Below, in pieces: positions 34,535-46,500 of a stretch of 64,000 nt of DNA. Position 1 is the first letter of the stretch. Each line of letters begins with the position of its first letter. The notes beneath the pieces are model-generated. The model was not told where the DNA came from and made no database searches. It worked only from the letters and a program-made list of their open reading frames with translations. This DNA comes from Vicugna vicugna (lineage: Eukaryota). Both the position numbers and the translations under genes were made by a program. The stretch is taken from positions 2,482,001-2,546,000 of the forward strand of contig MU058009.1 of the NCBI GenBank assembly GCA_013265495.1. Direction: 5' to 3'.

Positions 34535-37500
34535 CTAGAGCAGGGGGAAAAAAAAGATCTTTAGAAATCTAAGGCCTAAAGGTCAGGGTCGGGTAGGGGA
34601 AGGGGGAGGAGGAAGAAGGAATATGCAAAGAAATGTTACAAGGGGAACCAAAATAATTACCTATGGGAGATGCTTCACCCACGTCCTTCAGAAAGGATGG
34701 CTCAGTCATAAACACAAGCCATCAAGGTAATTTAAGACAGCATCCTAGCAGTCCTACCAAGTGATACAGTGAGGAACTTCAGGTACAGAAATTTACATCA
34801 TGATGGTAACCTACCTGGCAAAGGAAATGTGTTATTGTGCTGTCCCTAAGAATTTAGAAATTCATAAAATAAGGTCACTATCTTTCAATGAATGTCTAAT
34901 ACAAAGTGGATCAAAGAAGAGATATTTAAAGTCTCCTTGAAGAGGCAGAAAGGCCCCCAAGTCAAGATCAAAGGTTCTCAGACTTCAGAATTTCAAAGGT
35001 CAGCAAAATTAAATAATCCATATTCCCAAATTTTATTTTCCCAAGTAAAATCATTTTTTAAACGGTACTGTCAAGTGAGACATTTCAACACTCAAAAGCA
35101 TAGTAAGACACAATCTTAGAATAAAGTCATTTGCATTGAATAAAGTCAATTTTATGAAAACATTCATTGTCTTAATTTTCCCTCTGATCATGAAAATGCC
35201 TCCATGGACCTACAGCCAGCTCTGTCCCTCTGTCGGCATCTTCAAAGAGAGAATGTGTCCATCAGAAGGAGGGCTGGCTAGCGGCATAGACTGAGAAACA
35301 AAGAAGTCACGGAGGAAAACTAAGGCAGTAGCCTTGCCTAGTGCTATCCAGAGAGAAAGCCACAGCCAGACACCCATTTGGTTTATCTCAGGCTGGATGT
35401 TCTAAGTCCGTGCTCATCAAGCAACTCTCTGATCAGGGTTTCACTTCCCGTGTGAGTCTGTAGCAGGAGGGGGCTGGTTCTCTACCTGGAGTCCATGGAT
35501 GCCTAGGTGGTCCAGAGGTGGCCTTCAGAGAAGCCATGAACAAAACTGTACATTAAATTTGTATGTATGTGTACCACGGCAGGGAGGAGGGAACATCCTC
35601 GGCCATATAATGGGTTCCCGGCCAGAAAAGCGTAGTCAGTCAGTGAGTCCCACAAAAAGCGAAAATCTCACTGATCATGCCAAAGAGACTACTCATTTTA
35701 CATTAGTTGTTGTTTTCACTGACAACAGTGTTACTCTGGATGTATACGTCTCTCTTAAGCCTAGTTAATGTGAATTAAGTCTAGTTAATTAAATCTACTT
35801 AATGTGAATCAAGTCTAGTTAATGTGTGCTGAAAAATTGGTAAGCACTCAGTACGCTTTGAAAAAAAAAACAAAACGAAAAAACAGGCCACGAGACTGCC
35901 CTGCTACTCTCTGAGGCCTCTTGGGAAATAGTCTTCCTCTGGGAACATCTCAGTATCCCTAGCCACTAAAGAGTATTTTTCTTAATTTAAATTTACAGAC
36001 TCTGTCTTCTAACAACTTAGAGGCAGAGTGAAGATAAAAACAAGAGGTAGCAGATATAATCAACACTGACCTGCCTAACCTAAACATAACAAGATAATTT
36101 ATGGCTATGTTTTTCACCCTGGGGAGGGTGGACTGTTTAAAATAACATAAAAGAGTTTCATAATAGAGTCATTATATTATTCTCCCACAACTCAGTTGAG
36201 GACCAGTAGTCATCAAGACTCATCTACTTTCCAAGAAGCACATGAAAAGGTGGCCAGTTACCGATACGTAGCTACACGTCTATGGAGGTTCATTACAGTT
36301 ATTAACAAAGTAGATCTTTATTGAGCATTTGCTGTAGCCCAGCCTCCTGTGCAAGGCACTGAGGGTTAAGAGAACAAGACCAAGATCTAGCTTTCAAGGC
36401 ATTCATTGCCCACTGGGAAAAGACAGGCAGTGAACCAATAATTAAAATAAACTGTGCTATAATGTAGCACCACAAGGTCTAACAGGAATACAGAGGAGGC
36501 ACTTCTGACTCAGATAGGAAAAGCCTGGGAGAAGAAGACGGGGGAAGGCGAGGGTGGTGCAGTGCGGTGAACAGGGAAACCCTGCAAGCAGGGCAGCTTA
36601 CCGGAGTAACCGCCTTCACTTGGCCGGTGGTGACAGGAGTTGCCACGCCACTGTCTGTGATCACAAACTGACCTGGGGGAAGTGTCATCATCTGAATCTC
36701 AGATGCTGAAAAACAGGAAACAGCCACAGTTCAGGGGTCTTAGATTTTACTACAAGTTGTGGAAACAGATACCTAACCAGTGACCACATTCCCCACTGAG
36801 TCATTTCCATGGGTCTGCTTGCTCTTAGCGTCTTATATGGATATGATTCCTTGATACAGTGAAAGCATCTCTGACTGAGATTTGATCATACGAGGTTAGT
36901 AGAGAGTTACCAAAAGTCAGAAACAATCAATGCATCTCCTCCAAACGTGGCTTTGGAATATCCACAGAGACAAATATCCAAAATTTTAAAACCTTGGGAT
37001 AAGTTACAAAGACTTACCTGTTAGCTCAATATTTTTATCTTTTATATTCACATTTGAATAGTGGCACAATGTATCCACTACTGCCTAGCAATCACTAGTT
37101 AGTCTAACATGAATTTTATCTCACTACTGCATTATTAAAGATGATTAAAAACAGAGTTCACCCTAGCACCCAGCTGACAGTCTCTAAATAATATTCTCTA
37201 CTAAAAGGAACTAGAGCTTCTTGGGGAAATGGCTGATTCCAGACCTGGGGCAGAAAATGTGTCAGGTGAGCCTGGAATATGGTGTCATAACAGCATGTAA
37301 GACATTATAAAAAGCTGCAGGGTCATGGGGAAAAGATACAGGGGCCAATATGAAGATGTTCCCATTAGACAAAGATGGGGTGACCTGAACATCAACCAGG
37401 ATGGCGGCTGCAATGGTTTGAACCACGTCAGGTGTGTAGAGATCCATGCGTACCCAGTGATATTGAGACACACACACACCCATCATTGGTCACCCTAGGT

Positions 37501-40500
37501 AACACTAGCAAACAACCCACTGTTTTGAAAACTGGTAAATAAAGGAGATGAGCTGGGTACTTAGAGCATTTATCCCAGCATTCCTGTACAGACTGTACCT
37601 CAGAGTAACCTGGTAAGATAAAATTGTTCTTTTTGTTTTGTTTTATGAGGGGGAGGTAATTAGGTTTATTCATTTATTTCTGCTTGGAGGAGGTACTGGG
37701 GATTGAACCCAGGACCTCTTGTGTGCTGGGCATGCACTCTACCACTTGAGCTATACCCTTCCCCTGATAAAACTGTTCTTTACAGAGGTTTTCTAGCAAT
37801 AAGTGAATAAAGAACGAAAGACTCAGAATACGACAGCTCTGTGATCCCTAGTGAAACAGTGGAGCAAAGGGAAAGGGGGCCAGGCAAACATTAGGTGCCT
37901 CCTGGTGGAGGCACACACCACCAGCTGTGGAGTGTCTTGGGGGGAGAGGACTGAGTCTGAATCTGATCAAGCCTCTGGGTCTCACTGCCAGCCTACAGGA
38001 AACACAAAGGACAGAGGAACAGCATCTCAAATGACAATACAGGGATGTCAACAACAAAATCCAGAATGTGGGGACCTCTACTGGACAAATGACCCAGTTT
38101 CTTCAACACATAAATTGGAACTTTAGAGAAAGCACATATATTAAAAGAAACTCAAAAGATGTAATTGCAATGTATGGCCCTTATTTGGAACCCAATTTGA
38201 AAAACTGACTATTAAAAAAACATTTATAAGACAATCATGGAAATATGAACACTGGATATTTGATGGTAGTAAAGAAGTACTGTCATTTAGTTTGAGGTGT
38301 GATACCAGCACTAGAGTTGTGTTTTGTTTAAAAAAAAAAAAAAAGAAAGAAAAAGCACAGCTCCGTGGGAAAGAATGGCAGCAGGTCCACGTCAGCCAGG
38401 ACTGGCCACGAGCTGAAAACCGCTGAAGCTGGATGATGGTTGCAGGGCGTTCGTGACACTTCTATTTTTGTGCATTTTAAACTTTTTCCCTAACAAAAAA
38501 CTTCAGCTTCAGATCTTGTCATCAGGTGAGAATGCTGGTTCTTACTAGTTTTCCCGTGGCTGTCGGCATCATTCTATTCCTCTCAGAGGAATTAAACTGA
38601 GTATAAATATCAGTCTGCTTACCAGGACTCCACCAGGGTTTCTCGGGAGTAGGGGACCTTCCTTGACAGGAAGGAGACTCAGCTGTCATTGTGGCCACCC
38701 GGATTTAAGAGAATAGATTGTGGAAATAACGAAACGGTAGCGTTTGAGCCTGTCTCCATGCTAAAGCCACCTAACACAGCCGAAGACCGACCACAACAGA
38801 GAGGGGCCCCAAAAAAGACATCCGTGGTGGGAGAAAGGTCAACACAGCCATTCCTCCTTGTGCCTGCTGCCAAGCTGCCACTCCTCCTGCTCCTCCCACA
38901 TCGTCAGTGATGAAGGTCTCCTATTTTCCAGCCCGTGCCCAAGGCCGTTGCCCCTACCAAGATTCGCCTGGTCTGACTTTTGGCAGCCAGCCTAAACTGC
39001 TCTCGGTAGCACTAACCTCAGGGTTTGAAACCAACTACTCAGTCATCCATCTCTGAGATGACGGTCTCTTTGAGTCCAAAACACCCTCATTAGGAGGGGC
39101 AGCTGGTGTATAGCGTAAACTCTGGAGCCAGGTTGCCTGGGTTCCCGTCCTCCCTTCACTAGCTCTGTTCCTTGGACAGATTACTCTGCGTCTAAGTTGC
39201 CTTAACTATAAAGTGCAAGTGACAATTGTACTTATGTGGGAGGTTGCTGTGAATACTGGATGTGAAATAGATGTGCTTTAGAATCATCCCTGCACATAGT
39301 AAGAGCTTAAGGGACGCTGGCTAACCTTATTGTGTGGTGTTACACGAACGTCAGTGTTAACCTTCTGCATTTGCAGTATCTAGCACAGGGGTGGATGTAC
39401 AGGCATCGATAGATATGGGTGGAACAGGTGAATCATTACCACCAACATACCTACCTCCACCTGTTCTACTATTTAAACAGCCTGCCTCCAGCAATATTCC
39501 CGATGTCTCCAGAAAACGTCCCATCGGGGCGGCCCCGAGACCAGACGCCGCCTTGAATTTTGTGGTGAAACTCATTTCAAGTACATGCTCTACAGAGTGT
39601 AGAAAATGACCAATGACCCTTTCATCCGGAGCGTTTGATTATAAAGCTGATGGAATTCCGCCCCAGGGCTGCAGACTCCCCACCCGTGCCCTGGGGCACC
39701 CCCCTCACTTACAGTAGCCACGGAAGGAATTCCAGGTGTTGGGGAGGTACGTGTGCTGGACGGTGGAGCCCTGGGGCTGGCCCTGCGCCGAGGAGCCGCC
39801 CGGGATGTGTGCGGGGCTGAGCCCCTGCTGAGACGGCTGCGGGGAGGGGCTCAGCGGCTGCCCCGCCACCTAGAAAGAGCAGGAGTGGGGCCTGGTGAAC
39901 TCTCGAGTAACCCAAGAAAACAGATCGGGCGGGCGAGGATTATGACACTGGCAGTACCGCTACTTAAAGAGTAATGTTTTAAATAAGAACAGAATTAATG
40001 AAAAGCAATCATAACTGTGAAACCCTAATGAGTTTTCAAAGGGTGATCTATGAGAGTATCCAAAGCTTAATTTCAATAAGTTTGTTAGAAGAGTAAATGA
40101 ATGGAAGTATAATTATCTTCATGAGTCGGGCTGAAAAACACGGAGAAACCCAATAACTTGCCTGTGTCATGAAGCTAATCGAACACAACTTGAAGGGCAG
40201 CCCAGAAGTCAGAATTTCCACTGGTGTGCTCTGGAGACTCCCCCAGGGAGTGGGGGTGAACCCGGGTACACACGCCAGCCCCCAGCGGAGGGGCCCACCC
40301 CACCTCCAGGACAAAGCCCTCGCCCCACTGCCATTCAAGCCCCCCACACTCCAGCTCCAAGCCGCCTTCCCAGCTTTGCTTCCAAACCCCATTTCCTGTC
40401 ACTCCCTAACAGCGTTTATAACTACACCACAACTGCCCACCCCTGTGTCTTTACTCACAACACAGCATATTCAGATCATGGTGCCTTGCCCAACCACCGC

Positions 40501-43500
40501 GATAAAATCCTACCCCTCCTTCAAGAACTACTTCACACGCCACTTGTACAGACATGTCCTTGATCCCCTGCTGAGTATCTTCCCTTCATCTGGACTCTGC
40601 AGCCTAACTTCACATCCATATCGTCCTCAGACCCGGGCAAGGGCACCCCCGCCGGGATCTCAGCCAGCCCTTCTCCAGCTATGCCCCTCCTCCCGTGAGG
40701 CCACGTGGGCCTTGGAGACGGCCCTACACCCACTTCTGGGACCTGCACAAGCCTCTTCCCTGGGCCTGTCCTCCTGCAGGGGGCTTGTCGCCTGGATGCA
40801 GGCTCTTCTAACGGTAATCGGGGACCTGGGACCAAGGGGGTGGCCATGGGATCGCCCCTTGCAGGGGTGCGGGTGGAGCTGAGGCACGTAGGTCAGGGGT
40901 CTATGTGGTACACAAGGCCCTGTGGGGTTCAGGGTGGAGACTGGGTGAGGAGAAGGGGAAGCAGGCGTGGGGAAGGCTGTCCCTGGGCCACCTCATTCTG
41001 ACAAGGAATGCTGCGGCGTCTGTCCTGGCCCTCCAGCCTCAGGTTCCTTTGAGAAACTTAGAAGTATGATGCCAGTGGCTGTGGGAAGCTTGCGGCCCTT
41101 CGTGGATAGAGGCTGCCTGTCCTGGACTGGGAGAAGTCACCAGAAACCTCACAGCCACTGAACCGTTCACTAGAGGGTGGGGGGTTGGGAGGGGAGAGCA
41201 ATCAGATAGCAAGCCCCCTACCCCTCCATCCCCACTACCCCAATGAATAGGAAGGCAGAGACAGAGCATTTTTCTCCTCTGGATTTGCACAGCAATGGAG
41301 CCAGCGAAAGAGAGAAAAGTCCTTTCTCCCACTTTTCCCACCCGTGCCTGGCAGCTGCCAGGGCCATCAGAATGCACTTTTGGCAGAAAAATGCATTTAA
41401 TTTTGAACTGATGCTGTCCATGTTATTTAGTTTCAACTGTCACTTTGCATGTGTTTCTCAGTGTTATCATTATGAAAGTACCTCGGTCAAGGAGGAAGAT
41501 AGGACCAATTTACTTTATGGTGCATGAGCTTGACTTGAAACTTGTTACTACTCAGGGTTATGGCGTGCAGGCCTTCCTGTGTGCTCTTGCCCTGGAACCT
41601 GGGAATGCCAGGGCTGGGTCCACAGGCATCCTTCATAGTTCAGACTATGTCCTGTTTACTCGTATCCATGTGTTATGCCCCTGCTAGATTCTGAGCTCCC
41701 TGAAAGCCAGACCTTGAAAGGTTTCATGCAGAGTAAGACTTTAATCAATGTTTTTTTTTTAATGGACGCAGCCGTGCTATCTCAGTGCTAGACTCTACCA
41801 CACGAGCACAGCACTATTCCACAGACGCAGTGTCCCAAAGTTATTTTAGAAACAACCCAGCAGGGGCAGGCTCTCATGCAGCCACTGAGAACAGGAAGCC
41901 AAGGCCAGTGCTGTCTCCAGGGGATCAGCGCTCAGGGCTCCATCTGGACCGGAGAAGCTCGGCACTTAATGGAAGTGTGTCCGTCACACCAACAAAAAAA
42001 TTGGAGGCAAAGTAAGACTCTTTAAAGGTCCAGAAATAATGATGTCATTTCAATAGTCAAGGAGACAACGAGGGCTGAGGATAACGTCTCCTCGCTCTTA
42101 TTACGTCTTCAGGGTCCCTGAGGCCACAGTAACCCTTGGGACTAGTCCCCAGAGCAGCGTACCTGGGACGCGGGTGCGGCCGGGGCGGGCGGCTCCGTGA
42201 CGTGGATGTGCTGCACCTGGATGGCGTGCTGCGTGTAGGTCTGAGGGTCATGGAGCTGGCCGACGTCCACCGTGGACTGCTGAGACTGGTGAGGGGAAGT
42301 GGCCTGCAGGGAGGAGAAATCCAGACGCACACGGATCAAGGTGACGGGTCGGCCTTCCCGAGAGAACGTTCAGCTAAAACAAGATCCCAACAGAAGAACA
42401 GACGGGACGGCAGATCCCAAAGGGCCCACACCTAGGCCAAGCTGGCAAACGTGTGAGAGGCAGTTTTCAAAACGATGCTTATTAACTGTAAGACAGCGGT
42501 GCTATTTAATTCTGGAAGAGAAGGCGACAGAGAGAACATGGCTCCTAGCAAGGAGCTGAATGAGCAGCTCTCAGGAATTAAAAATCTTTTCCCTTTAAAT
42601 TTCAATTGAAGTTAATGGCATCCCCTTTATTAGTTAAAAGAGATCGAAGAAGAGAATTCAGCTTGTCAACATTAACCACAAGAACAGAACCTTCCTAACC
42701 TTTTATGCGGACAGACATCTTTGAAAATCTGGCTAAAGTACAGACGCTTTTTCCAAAAGAATGTACACATATATCACATTTCACAGGCAACTCCAGGGAT
42801 TCAGATTCCTCCAACGCCCGAAATCAAGAACCCTCCCGTTAAAAACAAACAAAAACACAAGATGAAGAATGATCAATGACAGTGGCAGCTGTCAGCTTCC
42901 TGCTTTCGTGTCAGGTTTAAATTTTCAGAGACCAATTCATTTCAAAGGAAAAAGTTTGTTCCTTTGTGCCCTGAGTGCACTTCCTCAGCATAATTAAGTG
43001 AAACAATAGCCCTGGGAGGATTTTTTTCTTTTAGCTCCTGAATCAGTAAGAATGAGCTACTAATTACTTGGTAGAAGGAACAGCTCTACTTCTTTGCTCT
43101 TAAGGTACTCACTGATACTCAAAATTCACGATTATTCCTTATAACCGCCCACTGATGGACGTCACTCGATGCCCAGGTAGAGGCGGATCAAACAGGCTCT
43201 TCACCAAGCAGCCAACCTGGGTGTCCGGGGCAGAGACTCGGGGGAGGCTTGGCACTGTCCTGCCATTGTGCAGGGTGACGGGACAAGCTGGGGCCTAAAA
43301 CTTCTGGGTTCTGTTGACAGAAATCTCTTACACTGCCAAGTCCAGAGCCCTCGACAGCTGGGGGTTTGCAAATGCCTTAGACTCCAAGCTTACGTGCACA
43401 TGAGGTAGGGTTCGGGTCCAGCTCGGAAAATTGGGTGCTTTAGTTGACCCCAGCTAGGGACCCCGTATCGGCTGGTGGCAACACGCCATTCACGCAGATA

Positions 43501-46500
43501 GAGACAAAGACACGCAGGACAGTACCGGGGCCACCTGCACCACTTGCAGCTGGATATGCTGAGGCTGCTGCAGGCCCGACGCGGACTGCGACACCGGAAT
43601 GTACTGAATTCGCTGGTAGTCCCCTTGTGGTGTCCGGTAATCCGTCGTCAAGGTCTGGGACAGCTCTGTCATGGCCTGGGTGAGCAGGTCTGTTGTCTAG
43701 GGAAATCACCAAAAGCACATCAGTTGGTAACACTGCTGCTGGTGGCTATTCCAGTGCCCTCAAATCCTACAAAAATTTGGTCTATCTCACTGGTGGATCA
43801 TGGGACCACAAATCAGCCCTGAGCTCAGACAGAAAAAAATCCAAAGTTAAGACAAGTTCATACTGTACAGCACAGAGAACTTAGTCAATATCTTGTAGTC
43901 ACTTATGGTGAAAAAGAATATGAAAAGGAATAGATATATGTTCATGTGTGACTGAAGCATGGTGCTGTACACCAGAAACTGACACAACATTGTAAACTGA
44001 CTATACTTCAATAAAAATATATATACACAAAAGAAAAAAAAAAGGAAATCTGATCACATTTGAAAAAAAAAGATGTTGGAAGATTACCTCTAGACCCATA
44101 TATACCTGTCTGTGTCAGCCCCAGGGAGCTACCCCGGAGCTTCCGACAACCTTGCGGTGAACACGCAGCACTGAAACTTCCTGCTGCTCCTTTTACAGAG
44201 AGCTTTGGGAAGCACCGACAAGGAGACCCAATGGTAAGCGTAGTGCCTCGTGTAGAAAACTGAAGGCTGGTGGGCTCCATCTGCAGCCCATGAAATAACA
44301 AAGCAGGCACAGCCTTGGCGTGGAGGCTGTGATGGGCAGGGCCGCGGAGGAGACGCTGTCACAGGTCACACGCTTACCACCACTGTCTCTCCAGTAGCGC
44401 TGTCTGTGGTTAAGACGGCTGGAGCCGCGCTGATCACAGCCGTGGTCAGCGGGGTGTGGATGGTGTTAGGGAGCTGGGCGTACTCTGGATGCTTCTTTCG
44501 AATGTGCTGTACCATTTTGGTCTGAAGAATTGTGGCAAAAACCAAGAAGAAGGACTAGAATTAGTTGTTTTTCAGTCTTTCTCAAATGCAAACCCGCCAA
44601 TGGTCCTAAAGTCTGTGTTATGCCTTAAAAAAAAATCCAAGCGACCCTGGCTCTGCCTGCCCGTCCTGAAGTGAGACAGTGGTATGAAAGGGGAAAAAGA
44701 AGAGGCTGAAATCAAAGTGAAGAGTCACGTGACCTCGCAGCATCCCCCGAGCCCACCAATACCTGCAGCACTCGATGGCTAGCGCCCCAGCAAAAATGAC
44801 CCCCTTTTCAAAAACCATCATTGAGGTTCCTATGTGGTCCCTGCCGTAGCCTGAGCTCATACACCAGGAGCAGAGAATATTCAAATAGGAGCACCGCCAG
44901 GGGCCAAGGGACAAGGAAACCCATCGAATGCTGGCGCTGTCAGATGGCCCTACTGCCGGGGAGAGTCCGCCGTGTTCCCTTCCCACTCAGTGCTCTGGTC
45001 CCTGTTCTCAGGAAACAGCTCCGTGAGGCCCCCGTCAATTCAGAAGCAGCCATCACTGCATCTGGACGAAAAGCTGTCTCCTCTTACGCAATGTTCCCGT
45101 CACCGATGCCCTTGCTTCCGACGTGGTCTGAAGCCGTCCCCATACCTTGCTGCTGTACTGTTTGGAGCAGTGAGGGCAGCAGACGGGCGGGGTGGCTATG
45201 GTGCCTGTGAGCTGGGTGTGTGTGCTCAGCATGGGGTCTGGTTCTCCGGGGCCCGCAGGGCGAAGCTTCCGAATGCTTGGCGGGAGCTCAGCCCCGGGGT
45301 GGTTCTTCAGAATGTGGGCTTTTCGCTTGCTGGCGCTTTTATAAACCTGCAAATTCAAAAGCTTTGCCATGAAAGCAGTACACAGTCCCACTTTCTTGCC
45401 TAAAGCAAACTAACACTTTCTTTACAGGGAAATGAGAAAAAGTATGTATGTAGCCCAAAATAAAATGTGTTAGCAGATACATTGAAGGATATGACACAAA
45501 TTAGAATGAAGTAAGAACATGATACAAACAGGCAAGGCGTCTTCCTTGAACTTACATATGTAAGACAGGAATAGTAGAAGTACCCTTTACCCCAGAGTTT
45601 CAGAGGTGGGTATATATACAGTCACAGAAAGAGCTGCTTCTCAGGCCAGTTCTCCCTTTAGCCTTCCCGTGAAGCTCTCGTATGATGTAAGCAGCTGGCC
45701 ACGAGGTGCCAAAGACTCTTCCAAAACAGCAAGTCTAACAGCAACTAGTACCAACAGTGGTGAATCTGTCCTTAAAAAAAGCTTCTTACTTTTAGGTTGA
45801 CGCTACATAAACACAGCTTATACCTTATATAGCTGCCATCATATAAGGAAACAATCTTACAATGAAACAATAAGTGGACTTCTATTCCTGTCTTTTCTGT
45901 GACTGCACAATAGTCAGGAATGGAATACACCAACAGAGCATTCCACCTCAAAATGGTTCCACGTCCTCCTCACTCTTCTAGAAGCCCAAAATCTACTGTG
46001 TAGTTTACAAGCCGGATGATAAACACTCTCACTTTAGAGCCGAGGAACTTGAAAAAAATCCATATACTAAGCTCTTGGCAATAAGCCTCTTCTCTTCTTT
46101 TACAGCAAAACTCACAGAGAGAAGGAACCACAAGGAAAACAAAGTCAACTAATTCTTAGGATAGAAACTTTTGGCTTCGAGTGAGGCGACGCTTCAGCCC
46201 TTTCTGGTCTGGATGGAAAAACTCTGAGAGACAGGGGACCATCTGCTAAGAGAAACCACGAGATCCTAGGATGTTTATACCCGCAGAAAGCAAGGTGGCC
46301 CCGGCAGGGCTCGCACAGAGGCAGGTGTCCTGGGGCGGGCGGTTCCCTTTACCTTGTCACAGTACTGGCAAAAGTAGTCCCGGTTGGGCTTTATGATGGG
46401 CAGAGTCAGTTCCGGCACCTCCTCTATCTTCATGTCCGGGTGCCTCTTGGATAAGTGATTTACCTAAAGGGAAAAAAGGCAAATGAGAAAAAGAGACCCC

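Noticed and set aside
35119..35148. Octamer ATTTGCAT between two gaataaagtca repeats
   Set aside because: Too short; most likely a small local duplication.
40169..40882. 237-aa plus-strand intronic ORF
   Set aside because: P/L-rich, over C-rich repeat-like DNA, no domain or splice support.
46455..46470. ag|GTAAAT recursive-splice-like site
   Set aside because: Simply Val-Asn codons at an exon start; the intron is under 1 kb.
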